Positions 55,801 to 64,000 of a stretch of 64,000 nucleotides of DNA are shown in pieces. Origin of the DNA: Veleropilina oligotropha. Lineage: Eukaryota. Where the stretch lies: NCBI GenBank assembly GCA_048128005.1, contig JBEUKZ010000019.1, positions 62,001 to 126,000 of the forward strand, read 5' to 3'. Numbering within the stretch: position 1 is the first letter of the stretch; each line of letters starts with the position of its first letter. A model generated the notes under the pieces. That model was not told the origin of the DNA, ran no database searches, and saw only the letters and a list, made by a program, of their open reading frames with translations. The position numbers and the translations under genes are program-made.

Positions 55801-56540
55801 TAATCCTCACCAGCCGTCAGAAGGTCCGCGAACGGGCTCAACAGCTGTTGCTCCAGAGGCACAAGGAGCACTTCCCAGACTCCCCGGTACCTATCCTTTA
55901 TCACCCCAGGGACACCCGTAAGCAAAATATCATGGTAACCATTCCGGGCACCGATGAAAGAGAGGAGCTAGTTCTCAACGACGTCGTTGAGGTCACGATT
56001 GAGGCCGCTGAGCAGGCTATCCTGACCCCGGATTGGCGCCTGGGCTATGCTCTCACCATCCATTCGAGCCAGGGTCTTACCATTCACGACCCACAGAAAG
56101 TCTGGATCATCGACGACTACCTTCAGTGGAGTAATCTCGCCTACCTAGCCGTGTCCCGGGTGGAGTATCTGCATCAGCTCGAGCGGGTAACCTGTCCTCC
56201 AGATGAGGGTTCTGAGGACAGGCCGCCCCAAGCGCAGCAGAGCAAGCAGCAGCTCCGAAAAACCATCCAGAGGAAGCTCGTGGCATACATGCGCCAGGAC
56301 CAGGCAAAGGGACTCCCGGGGTTTAACCTCAAGGTCGACGACATCCTGCGGCTCAGAGAGGCCCAAAACAACCGATGCGCAGCATGTAACATAGAGCTGC
56401 TCTGGGCCTACCAGCCCAAAGACACACAGCAGTTCAGTGTCGACCGTGTGGACAACCGCAGGGGCCACATCCGCGACAACGTGCGCTTAACGTGCCTTGA
56501 ATGTAACCGAAAAAGAGGATTTGCGGTTGTTAATGCCTGA
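52869..56540 (+). CDS. Replicase: divergent PolB + SF1 helicase + HNH-type nuclease (1223 aa)
   Basis: Same motifs as E2; uninterrupted ORF. Confidence 0.85.
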   Translation: MSTMDDYIDQLLADMQASETLRDVVQNILDEPIPEDVKERLLKPLVPSKDPQTERKRKAIVEEFDPIPLSKKPRTAQDYQNDLLGLFTTTEGQRFIDLDDQVPPPVRLPAKEPWVELLSDAKDEFEVDGAAAAFSTWRIEVAGRLALDARMTDARAAQLLTALPKGEFLLRIKFLREWGEGDWVVEDKFDPVKAARKKGQGVIEISQDTKPGAITGVDKAYYENAYPVTAVVYGVYPLREPNPANLVPMKNGDLNCVAQRVVEHFEGALRGNGLTPIRRQKIQEWEARVHVTGATVDDISILEKILKRAIIVRDIAGADIYNSGKYRGQGNHTFRQVELICHNGHAWSKDLHFPQSREVNIYEGDVWEAIRQATRNEPLAVWLLGGTDRQLNVNQFVLQDGRTYRTKEAHERLQEACKALGNESLADRAFGENHAASIMAKENNGWRPTPAGLLDDIQKACVEHGHGGLWNSMNYDTGDVCCIDMKACYPASFLGKGEAKPYFERFGHPTHSMTRVAINGPLPREIGTGFAEVVEWEFAQDIHPVIPAWFGKHFAENGWAPTPLLAFLTESGLLKSLKIREAIIAFRKQTDVWLPENRDQGCRIIGKFTQGAKADGKRLTRRLVIDQGELDFLVRDTRQSGTLVGAPQRCPMGHILTYYDGSQPQYAHLRASMLAYAHISLLSMLQRFTPEEAVRVATDSIYLKKASLEKLDDVTVYVAPQLCDCGDKSCISCLIGETYLPPVAPAQWRDKGEQLYLPQEHAAYLPKPEYCCAANSSQPSTAPCYNDTLTHHRLSYLNGGGGCGKTTRAIELFRARNPIVFTPTHRLAKEMRTRGVKAQTYHSFFRWSGQTDWTPDRMGQKFIPRVIIWDEVCTVPRPILEMFLDWLGHHEVQVICCGDQGQPPPITGEMPHDWLRQTADYYEEIEVDYRAKDDPALQALKRRIRLQPDKIQCGEMRKSLPSCLGWDRFVNTWRPGDLILTSRQKVRERAQQLLLQRHKEHFPDSPVPILYHPRDTRKQNIMVTIPGTDEREELVLNDVVEVTIEAAEQAILTPDWRLGYALTIHSSQGLTIHDPQKVWIIDDYLQWSNLAYLAVSRVEYLHQLERVTCPPDEGSEDRPPQAQQSKQQLRKTIQRKLVAYMRQDQAKGLPGFNLKVDDILRLREAQNNRCAACNIELLWAYQPKDTQQFSVDRVDNRRGHIRDNVRLTCLECNRKRGFAVVNA

Positions 56541-57528
56541 GAACCGGCGGCAGTTGGGTGTCACGAGGCACCACGAGAAGTTCCTCATGAACGAACCCAC
56601 GCGGTGGTCCATCAAGCAAGTAGTAGAGCACAGGCTCGTCAGGTTTAGTGACAGAGCGTCCAAGCCTGTGAACCGTCAAAGACCACACCGGGTCAGTCGC
56701 TCGCCGGCGACCACCCTCCAACTCACCGGGTTGGTATAGGTATCGAACATCTACGTCAGAGGGGAGTTTCTGTTCCTTCCCCTGTCGGCCTGGAACAGTG
56801 GAAGAAGGATTTTGTGCAACGCGAGGTGCCTTGATGGCGTTCTTGGGCTTTTTACCGGTCAGCCTGGTCACTTCCCCATTCAACGCCGCAACTACAGCTG
56901 CTAGCCTGGCGACCCACTCAGTCGACCTTTGACCCTTTTTCGCAGACCCTGTAAAACTCATCTCTGTTGCATACTGGTGCCCGAAGAGCCGCTCAGCGAG
57001 CGTCCGGTTGAAGCGCTCCACAATGCCTTGATCGCGATGGAGATCCACACGGCCACGCCTAACCTCGACGTTTTTCTTTGCCAGCAGCTGGGAGACCGCG
57101 CCCATGAACTCTCGCCCTGGATCAACCTGAAGCAATTTCGGCCAGCTAAGAGGACTCCGCCTGTAGATTCGAGACAGAGCTTCAGCAACCCCTTTGGCCT
57201 CTTTTGTGGCCAATGGCTCAGCTTCTTTATAGCGACTGGCCACATCAACCACAGTCAGAGCGTACTTGTATGTTTTACGACCGACCTTGTCATGTGGGAG
57301 AAACAGGAGATCGGCTTGGTGAACCTCGTTCGGCGTTACAACGTCGAATTTTGGTCTTGGAATCTGCCGTGGCGCAGGTAAATAGATTTGCCAGATGGCC
57401 TGCTTCTTCAGCCAATCCCGGGCCACGTCTTCAGAGACATCTACCGCGGCCGAGAGATGTTTTATCGCGGCGATCCCTTTCCAGTAGCCTCGGGGGCTAT
57501 AGTAGCTATTCGCAAGCTTCCGGTTCAT
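56530..57528 (-). CDS. Maverick/Polinton-type DDE integrase
   Basis: DDE motifs intact; N-terminus MNRKLANSYYSPRGYW; upstream in-frame starts possible. Confidence 0.92.
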   Translation of the reverse strand: MNRKLANSYYSPRGYWKGIAAIKHLSAAVDVSEDVARDWLKKQAIWQIYLPAPRQIPRPKFDVVTPNEVHQADLLFLPHDKVGRKTYKYALTVVDVASRYKEAEPLATKEAKGVAEALSRIYRRSPLSWPKLLQVDPGREFMGAVSQLLAKKNVEVRRGRVDLHRDQGIVERFNRTLAERLFGHQYATEMSFTGSAKKGQRSTEWVARLAAVVAALNGEVTRLTGKKPKNAIKAPRVAQNPSSTVPGRQGKEQKLPSDVDVRYLYQPGELEGGRRRATDPVWSLTVHRLGRSVTKPDEPVLYYLLDGPPRGFVHEELLVVPRDTQLPPVLRH

Positions 57529-57787
57529 TCCGCGCCCTCGAGTTCTTTTGCCGGTCTTCGCTGCCATCGAGACTGGCAATGTATTCCAGTAAACTGATCA
57601 GTCTCCAACAGGCTTCAGCTTCCGGAGCCGGTCGCTGCGCAGTCGTCTCCCAAAGGTTGGTCGGGCCCGAGAGCACCAGGACCGCGAACCGCACCATAGT
57701 CTTTTCGTCGCGGCGCCAGCATTCGAGTAACGTAGTACTATAGCCGACCGCAAGCATGGCGCAGTACAGCTCTTCTGGGAGCCACAT
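57506..57787 (-). CDS. Small hypothetical protein upstream of integrase (C-terminally extended)
   Basis: Homolog of E1 and E2 ORFs. Confidence 0.45.
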   Translation of the reverse strand: MWLPEELYCAMLAVGYSTTLLECWRRDEKTMVRFAVLVLSGPTNLWETTAQRPAPEAEACWRLISLLEYIASLDGSEDRQKNSRARNEPEACE

Positions 57788-57826
57788 TACTATACATGCC
57801 CACGAAAAAATGTCCAAACATGGAAA

Positions 57827-58258
57827 TTAGGCGAGCTTGTAGGCTACCAACCCGGTCGCAGCCATCCCGAGGATGATGAAGGTGATCTCACGTCCCTTTT
57901 GGTCATCGCTCGGCGTGTAGTAGTCGGACAGCTGGGGCTCAGGGCCACCTCCCACAGCGGTGGGGTCAAGTTTCTTGCCGGTGATCAATGCATACTCACG
58001 GATAGCGGCATCAACATCTCGGAATGTCCCAACAGCGTGACCCTGGCGGCGAAGTTCAACGTTCAGCCAGTCGAGACGCTCTGCCCTCTTTTGGGACCAT
58101 TTAGTCTGAGCGGCGTTGAGCTGCTCTACAGCTATGTCGTGACGTTTACGCTCCGCATCAACACCGGAGCTGCGTAGCTTCGAGAAGAGGAAGTTGGAGC
58201 CGCTGAAGGCGAGGGCGTTGACGAGAGCGCCCCCAACCAGCATCGCAATGGAAGCCAT
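57827..58258 (-). CDS. 143-aa protein with hydrophobic termini
   Basis: Conserved in three copies. Confidence 0.8.
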   Translation of the reverse strand: MASIAMLVGGALVNALAFSGSNFLFSKLRSSGVDAERKRHDIAVEQLNAAQTKWSQKRAERLDWLNVELRRQGHAVGTFRDVDAAIREYALITGKKLDPTAVGGGPEPQLSDYYTPSDDQKGREITFIILGMAATGLVAYKLA

Positions 58259-58289
58259 TGAAATGCTGCGATTATCTAGCAAGGTCACA

Positions 58290-58529
58290 CTACTTCAAAA
58301 CGTCGGCCGGAATGATGCCTTGCTTGATCAGCATATCTTTCGTCGCCATGGCGAGCGCTACGTCGAGGACGACCATCCCGACATCGTACCCCGTGAAGTC
58401 CAGCTTAGGACTGACACCCTTGAATACCATCTTGACCAGGCGTGCGTAGCCTATGGCAAGGCCTGATACTATAGCTGCGTGATAGACGGCGTTGCCGAGC
58501 ATCTTTCCGTCAGTAATCGGGGTAGTCAT
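58290..58529 (-). CDS. Small hydrophobic protein (79 aa)
   Basis: Conserved in three copies. Confidence 0.8.
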   Translation of the reverse strand: MTTPITDGKMLGNAVYHAAIVSGLAIGYARLVKMVFKGVSPKLDFTGYDVGMVVLDVALAMATKDMLIKQGIIPADVLK

Positions 58530-58541
58530 GTTGTACTGAGA

Positions 58542-59096
58542 CTATCGCATATGGAACGGGTTGTGCTCATTCTTCAATTCGGTGGTGGTTGGGGTGGGGA
58601 CAGATGGCTGCCTCGCCTGTGCTGGTGGCTGTTGATGTGGTGTGGAGGAACCAGGGTTGCTGCGTCTCCAGACAACAAATACCAATGCAACCGTACCGGC
58701 AGCAACGGCTACCTGGGTCCAATTAAATGGGTCCGATTTCCGTGTAGCTGACTTTTCGACCACGGTCACCTTGGCCGGGGCACCACTGTGTTTTTGTTGG
58801 GGCTGTGCCTCTGGTAGGTCTGAAGGAACTTCGATGACGGATACTTGTCGAGCGTCTTCTTTGAGTCTTCTAACGTCGGCAAGGAGCCTCTCCTGCTTGG
58901 CTTTCCGAGCAGCAGCACCGGCCCGTCCTGCAGCCACCTTCTTAGGGTCCTTTTTAGGGTCCTTTTTACTCACTGATGAGTCTGTCGAAGAAGTCACCCT
59001 CTCTGTCGGCGGGCTCGGTGCCGAAATTTGGTCCACTTTCAGCGTTGTCATCTTGATCTCGCTCTCGCGATATTTTAGGCGGGCAAACATGTCCAA
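58542..59096 (-). CDS. Basic KDPKKVAAGRAGA protein with TM segment
   Basis: Motif and TM conserved, linkers diverged. Confidence 0.7.
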   Translation of the reverse strand: MDMFARLKYRESEIKMTTLKVDQISAPSPPTERVTSSTDSSVSKKDPKKDPKKVAAGRAGAAARKAKQERLLADVRRLKEDARQVSVIEVPSDLPEAQPQQKHSGAPAKVTVVEKSATRKSDPFNWTQVAVAAGTVALVFVVWRRSNPGSSTPHQQPPAQARQPSVPTPTTTELKNEHNPFHMR

Positions 59097-59709
59097 ATTG
59101 GCAGTGTTTCGCAGTGGTCAACACCGCGGTCAGCGGTGCGAGGTACATGCCATATTTATAATACAGCTCACAGCTTGCAGTGCTCAGGGCATGTGAGATG
59201 AAAGGGTCGGCCTCGAGGTCAGCGACCAGTCGTAGCTGGTTCTCTGGCGGAATGGGCAAGAACATCCCAGCTGCACCCGCATACAGCTGTATAGCGGCAG
59301 TCCCCAGGGTCTTCGTCATGTCAGCACCGAGCTTGGCTTCATACCGTGCATGGTGTTTCTCAACCTCGTCGTCAGTCATATCGTCGATTCGGTCAACCGT
59401 GAGGTTGCGCCCCATGTATCGGTGGGCCTGTCCTCCAACGGCTAATGCTGCAAGCCTCTCCCGTTTCTTTGCTACGCCAGTTTCAGGTTCCTCGCCACGT
59501 TCGGTCGTCGAGCGGGGTGGGGGGCCCTGGCAGACGGTCGTTTCTTCCTCGTCATCCATGAGTTGATCGATGAGGCTGTCCATCCTTAAGCGTTTCCAAC
59601 ATCTCCTCGCCAGTCTAATATAGCGATAATGCCAATACCACAATGTTACGAGTAGCAGCAACGTCAGGCTTTGGCTGCAAGCAAAAGCTATGTATACAGC
59701 GTCCGACAT
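58966..59709 (-). CDS. Hypothetical protein with N-terminal TM (247 aa)
   Basis: Conserved in three copies. Confidence 0.7.
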   Translation of the reverse strand: MSDAVYIAFACSQSLTLLLLVTLWYWHYRYIRLARRCWKRLRMDSLIDQLMDDEEETTVCQGPPPRSTTERGEEPETGVAKKRERLAALAVGGQAHRYMGRNLTVDRIDDMTDDEVEKHHARYEAKLGADMTKTLGTAAIQLYAGAAGMFLPIPPENQLRLVADLEADPFISHALSTASCELYYKYGMYLAPLTAVLTTAKHCQFGHVCPPKISRERDQDDNAESGPNFGTEPADREGDFFDRLISE

Positions 59710-59762
59710 GCCTAGCTAGCTAAGTAGCTGCTAAGTAGATGTTAGGGCTAGCCAAGTAGCTG

Positions 59763-60395
59763 CTATAGCACACTATAAGCAACGGGCTGATCAGTTTTCA
59801 ACAGAAGCTTTGTGTGTCGGGTCTCAGACAAAAGCCGGCGCACTGCGGTTCTCTCGTCGCAGGATGAGATAACATCGTTCTCGCGCAGACATTCCTCGAA
59901 ACTGTCGCGGTCCTTGCAATGGAACAGCGCGACCCAGCGGGTCTGCTCTCTGAGCTCCTTCAAGACTGCGTTGTATTTTTGCGTCACTACCCATACGCTC
60001 TGTTCGGCGTGCCTTCCGCTGAAGGCCAACAAAGTCAGCATGTCCCGTTTTTTGGCGAGGGCTTTGCTGGCGGCGCAGTCGTCGATGATGTACAGAGTCG
60101 ACTCCCCCTGAAACAGCCGGTAGAACCCCCGCAACCAGTCATGGAGTCGATCACCGGGGGGGATCAAGTACACCTCAGGGTCAGTCCAGATCCATGGACA
60201 GGACTGGTATGCTTTGTTGTACTTGATCGTGGGGCAGAGGATCACAATATGCCGGAACACTCCTAGGTACTCCCCCTCCAGAAGTTCAAGCATGAAAACC
60301 GTCTTCCCACAGCCCGTCTGGCCGCAGATGATCGCGGAGTGGGGGTCCTTGGTGTGCGGGAACCTTTTAGTATAGTGCGGTGACAAAGCGTCCAT
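59763..60395 (-). CDS. A32/FtsK-like packaging ATPase
   Basis: GQTGCGKT, YIIDD, SGRH, VVTQ. Confidence 0.9.
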   Translation of the reverse strand: MDALSPHYTKRFPHTKDPHSAIICGQTGCGKTVFMLELLEGEYLGVFRHIVILCPTIKYNKAYQSCPWIWTDPEVYLIPPGDRLHDWLRGFYRLFQGESTLYIIDDCAASKALAKKRDMLTLLAFSGRHAEQSVWVVTQKYNAVLKELREQTRWVALFHCKDRDSFEECLRENDVISSCDERTAVRRLLSETRHTKLLLKTDQPVAYSVL

Positions 60396-61671
60396 CCTGA
60401 ATATGCAGTTGTGCATCCATTATCACGAACACGTAGACGTTCAACGGGCCGGCTGCTTCACCCGTCTTAGTTATCTGGATGGTGATGCCCTCGCTGGCGT
60501 TATCTACTTTCCGGCCTGACCCATGCAGCTGGTCATCGTCGGTGACCCTGAGGTCGATCAATAAGGCGAACTTCTTAGTCAGAAACTGGCCCAGGGTGAC
60601 GTCCGCCAATTCCAAATCCTTGGCAACCAACGCCACCTCAGGATGGCGCTTGCTGCTTGGGGAGGAGGCGAAGAATCTCCTGGCTTCGTCCCACATCTGG
60701 TAGGAACGCATGCCCTGGCTGTATAGTTGATTCGGCACACCCTCAATGGTGACCTCGACCTTCGTGATCTTCGGATTGTAGAAGGCCTCGGTGTCCCTCG
60801 CGAATGGTGCGGCGTCTCTCGCGGGATCCTCAAACAGCAGTAGGATACCCTTCATGGATTTCGCCGGTACATTCAAATTTAAATTCCACAAAGTGTCGCT
60901 TTTGTCTCTCGTAATCTTACGATGCCGCAGGACACGATCGTACAGGATCACGAGGCGGCCCGAGTATTGGTTTTTTATCGATCTGGCAAGCTCAAGATTA
61001 GTGACCATGTCGTATTCCAGGCTGATATTGTCGATGACGTAGCTGGAGCTGGGGTCATCGGTGTCCCTGATCGTCCTTGAGTGATCGTTGAACGTAAGCT
61101 CGTACTCAAGACGGTCCCCCAACGCACTTTGGTAGAACGGCATGTGGCTCTCCAGCAACTCGAAGTCCAGCGGGATGCGAAACCTTGGGCCGTACGCGTC
61201 CGATATAGCTGTGTCCTCAGAACGTCTGAATGCGCCCTCAGCGCCGACACGGTTCTTCGTAGTGTTGTGGCTGTCGCTGGTATCAATACCCTGATATTGG
61301 GCATTCGTGCGCTCCCCTGCGGTTTTCCAGAGATCGCAGTAGCAGTGGTACACGTCGGAGTCATCTATAGACATGACTTCGTTCCCACTGATCTTTATCG
61401 TGGTCTTCTTGACCACGGCGCGTCCGATGTTCTGAACTACAGTCCTGTTCGGGTTAGCCGAGGTCAGAGCAATGGTGAATGCGAGGTGGGCAGTCCCTGG
61501 CACGATCACGTCGTGAGCCCCGAGGTTGGGAAACCGAACCAACAGCTGCTGGTTCGCAGCAATAGTGGATGGGTTGTTGGTTATGGTGACCGACTGCCGG
61601 ATACCCTTGACCCCGAGGGGCTCTCGAAGTCTGCGGTATGGATCCAACGTGCGTCCGTACGTGCTGGACAT
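60367..61671 (-). CDS. Putative major capsid protein (434 aa from MSSTYG)
   Basis: Homolog of E1 and E2 with many synonymous and conservative changes. Confidence 0.7.
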   Translation of the reverse strand: MSSTYGRTLDPYRRLREPLGVKGIRQSVTITNNPSTIAANQQLLVRFPNLGAHDVIVPGTAHLAFTIALTSANPNRTVVQNIGRAVVKKTTIKISGNEVMSIDDSDVYHCYCDLWKTAGERTNAQYQGIDTSDSHNTTKNRVGAEGAFRRSEDTAISDAYGPRFRIPLDFELLESHMPFYQSALGDRLEYELTFNDHSRTIRDTDDPSSSYVIDNISLEYDMVTNLELARSIKNQYSGRLVILYDRVLRHRKITRDKSDTLWNLNLNVPAKSMKGILLLFEDPARDAAPFARDTEAFYNPKITKVEVTIEGVPNQLYSQGMRSYQMWDEARRFFASSPSSKRHPEVALVAKDLELADVTLGQFLTKKFALLIDLRVTDDDQLHGSGRKVDNASEGITIQITKTGEAAGPLNVYVFVIMDAQLHIQDGRFVTALY

Positions 61672-61713
61672 GTTGTTGTCTGAATTAGATGCGTACACCG
61701 GTGGTGTATTCAA

Positions 61714-63015
61714 ATGGCGGAATTTGAGAACCCCACATTCGAGCCCGACATCATCGACGATGATGGTGAGGTTGGATCCACGGACTGGATTGAGCCTGTT
61801 CTTTCGGAACGGCCACAGGAAGGAACCAGCAGTCAGCAGCAAGAGTTCGTGAAGGACGCGGTTGATGACTACTACAAAGCCCTGTCGGAGGAGGGGCAGA
61901 CCTTGCCTACGTGGCGTGATTATTCCCAGTTCGAGTACGTCGAGGGGGAGGGATTGCGGCTGAAGAAATATCCAAACATCGATCTCATCAATTCTAGATC
62001 GAAAAAACCCAATGCTTTGTCAACACTAGCTAACCGGAGAGGTGGGGGTAGTGCGATCAGAAAAGGGTTGGGATTCGAAGCATGGACGCGGCCAGAGAAG
62101 CGGGGGAAAGGGGGACAGAAGCTGTCCTCAAAAGCGGTTGCAGCGGTTGCAGCTCTGCAGACAGCCAATGATGAGTTGAGCGGTGCGGCCGCTAACGTAG
62201 ACAACGTGGAACTGCGGGACTTGGGGCAGACAGCTACTGAGGCCTCGGTAGCAATCCACATGATGGAGACGAAGTTCACTGATACCGAGGTTGAAGAGAT
62301 CTTAGGCACGATGGGGGACCCTCCATTAAACCTCCGCGAGCTTCGCGGACTTGACAAGGCGATGCAGACCATTCGAGGCGAGCTCACTAACAACCTGGCC
62401 AAACTAACGGCGCTGGACGAACACATAGAGCTGGAGAAGAGCAAGCTCGATCGGGCCGATGAAGAGGGCGGTGTGGATGAGTTTATTCGTCGACGGATCG
62501 CGGAACGTCTGCGCAACTTAAACGATGAACGAGAAGCTCGCCTAGAGGCAGCCTCATCCAGCCGGGAGGCCCTACGCTCTCAAATCAGCCGGATCCGAGA
62601 GATGCTAGATCGGATTCTCCACTCTGACACAACGCTGGCCGAGCGTATTCGGACCCTCTTCCGAGAGCAAGGGGTTACGATCGCAACCATACTGACCGCT
62701 ATTGGGTTGGCCATCTCGACTTTGGTACTAGCCCTGACAGGCGGAGTGCCGAGCATACCACAACCACCACCACCTCCCAGTGGTCAAGGGGGGGTCAAGG
62801 AGTGGGTCAAAAAGCAACTGCAGAACCTGGGAAGGATTCTAGGCAAACTAGCGGGGAAGGCTGCAGCCGCGCTCCCCGGAATACTTGGAAGCCTTGTCTC
62901 CTGGCTAATCAACCTGGTCGGCAAGACTGCGTCGTGGCTCGCCGAGAATCTGTGGGCTGTGATTATATCTGTTGGGGGCTTGCTTCTTATTGCCGCTAGA
63001 CAGTGGGTCACGTAA
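61714..63015 (+). CDS. Coiled-coil protein with C-terminal TM segments (433 aa), only intact copy
   Basis: Acidic N-terminus, long heptad region, hydrophobic segments, polyPro linker. Confidence 0.8.
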   Translation: MAEFENPTFEPDIIDDDGEVGSTDWIEPVLSERPQEGTSSQQQEFVKDAVDDYYKALSEEGQTLPTWRDYSQFEYVEGEGLRLKKYPNIDLINSRSKKPNALSTLANRRGGGSAIRKGLGFEAWTRPEKRGKGGQKLSSKAVAAVAALQTANDELSGAAANVDNVELRDLGQTATEASVAIHMMETKFTDTEVEEILGTMGDPPLNLRELRGLDKAMQTIRGELTNNLAKLTALDEHIELEKSKLDRADEEGGVDEFIRRRIAERLRNLNDEREARLEAASSSREALRSQISRIREMLDRILHSDTTLAERIRTLFREQGVTIATILTAIGLAISTLVLALTGGVPSIPQPPPPPSGQGGVKEWVKKQLQNLGRILGKLAGKAAAALPGILGSLVSWLINLVGKTASWLAENLWAVIISVGGLLLIAARQWVT

Positions 63016-64000
63016 GCCAGATGAACGCTAGGCCAACGACAATGCCGCCCACGATAAGTGCGGTTTTCTCCTCGTCATGTGCCACAGCTACCGCTGGAAC
63101 AGCTACAGCCAGCTCAGCGTTTGGATGCTTCAGAGTGACTACCGGTATGCTTGCATCTGCGTCTTGTGGAATAACCAATCCTGTTTCTCCAGTACCCCGT
63201 GCGGCGTTGGGCGGCACACTGGCCGCGTTCACCGTCATATTAAGACCTAGGGTCTGGTCTTCCGTGGCGACGACGATCTCGTTGTTATAACCAGCCACCT
63301 GCCCGATCCGTAGAAGCATGTTACTTGGCGCCATGTACAGGCCAACGCCGAATACGAAGTCGACCTTGGACCTGGCATACTGCAAAACGTCCTGGTACCG
63401 TTTGATGGCTGATGGGAGGTCAACGGGGGATGCGATGGCGTCTTCGACGTTCGCCAGAAACTGTTTCTGTGCGTCAAATGCCGTCCCACTCCCCAGAATA
63501 CTTGCACGTGTCTGCGCCTGCGCTCCAAGAATCGCCCAGACGTAGGTCCTGATGGAGTCATTGAGCCTCTCCACGCCGGCCCGGGTAAACCCCACTGACC
63601 TGTCCAGAATAAAAGTAGCCCACGAAGTGCCTGCATCCTGTGCTATATAGTCCACATGCAAATTCGTGTTGGTCGTACCTTTGGTGAAGGACATTCGGCT
63701 TGGATCATACTCACGTCCGATGGGGTGGTAGCCGTTGTTCGTCCAGTAGCTGTAAGCCGTGCCTAGTCCGCCGTTGGGACCCTTGACACGCCAGTCGGTA
63801 TGTGGGGACACTCCGAATTCGCTGCAGATCTTTTCATATGACCTTCGGTCATACGGGGTGTCGAATGCATCCCACGTCACGTCTTGAGGCAGCGGCGCCT
63901 GAATCTCGGTCAAGATCCTTCTGACCTGATAGTATACGTGGAAGGTGAATACAGCTCTGGCGAGGGCTGCAGTAGCATTCAAGTGGTCTTCTGAGGAGAT
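63008..64000 (-). CDS. 430-aa-family membrane-anchored protein, 5' part outside the window
   Basis: Homolog of E1 7573-8865. Confidence 0.8.
   Translation of the reverse strand: MSSEDHLNATAALARAVFTFHVYYQVRRILTEIQAPLPQDVTWDAFDTPYDRRSYEKICSEFGVSPHTDWRVKGPNGGLGTAYSYWTNNGYHPIGREYDPSRMSFTKGTTNTNLHVDYIAQDAGTSWATFILDRSVGFTRAGVERLNDSIRTYVWAILGAQAQTRASILGSGTAFDAQKQFLANVEDAIASPVDLPSAIKRYQDVLQYARSKVDFVFGVGLYMAPSNMLLRIGQVAGYNNEIVVATEDQTLGLNMTVNAASVPPNAARGTGETGLVIPQDADASIPVVTLKHPNAELAVAVPAVAVAHDEEKTALIVGGIVVGLAFIWLT

Larger units (their letters stand above)
51412..64000 (+). mobile_element. E3: third endogenous virus copy, extends beyond the window; visible core genes intact
   Basis: Starts AGCAGCAGGGGGGGTCAGTAGAC like E1; same gene order as E2. 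Confidence 0.93.

Overview
AT-rich eukaryotic, probably invertebrate, repeat-rich DNA with no recognisable host gene. It carries three GC-rich copies of one family of ~16-kb endogenous Polinton/Maverick-like (adintovirus/MELD-type) DNA viruses: E1 4844-20548 (inverted), E2 30099-45997 and E3 51412->64000 (cut by the window edge). The family has AGCAGC-G7 terminal inverted repeats and encodes a Maverick-type DDE integrase, an A32/FtsK-like packaging ATPase, putative major and minor capsid proteins, about seven membrane proteins, a secreted Cys-rich protein and a Zn-finger protein. Its single ~1220-1280 aa replicase fuses a divergent family-B polymerase core, an SF1 (RecD/Pif1-like) helicase and a C-terminal HNH-type nuclease. 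Unusual traits are 4-bp target-site duplications, no detectable adenain protease, nested and shuffled terminal modules, mosaic recombination between copies, a recurrent candidate promoter, and divergent genes whose ATGs are 7 bp apart. The host DNA between the elements contains two satellites, a 3.36-kb inverted duplication that supplies the empty site of E3, foldback hairpins, and piggyBac, mariner and SINE-like remnants. All protein assignments come from motif reading; no database search was run.
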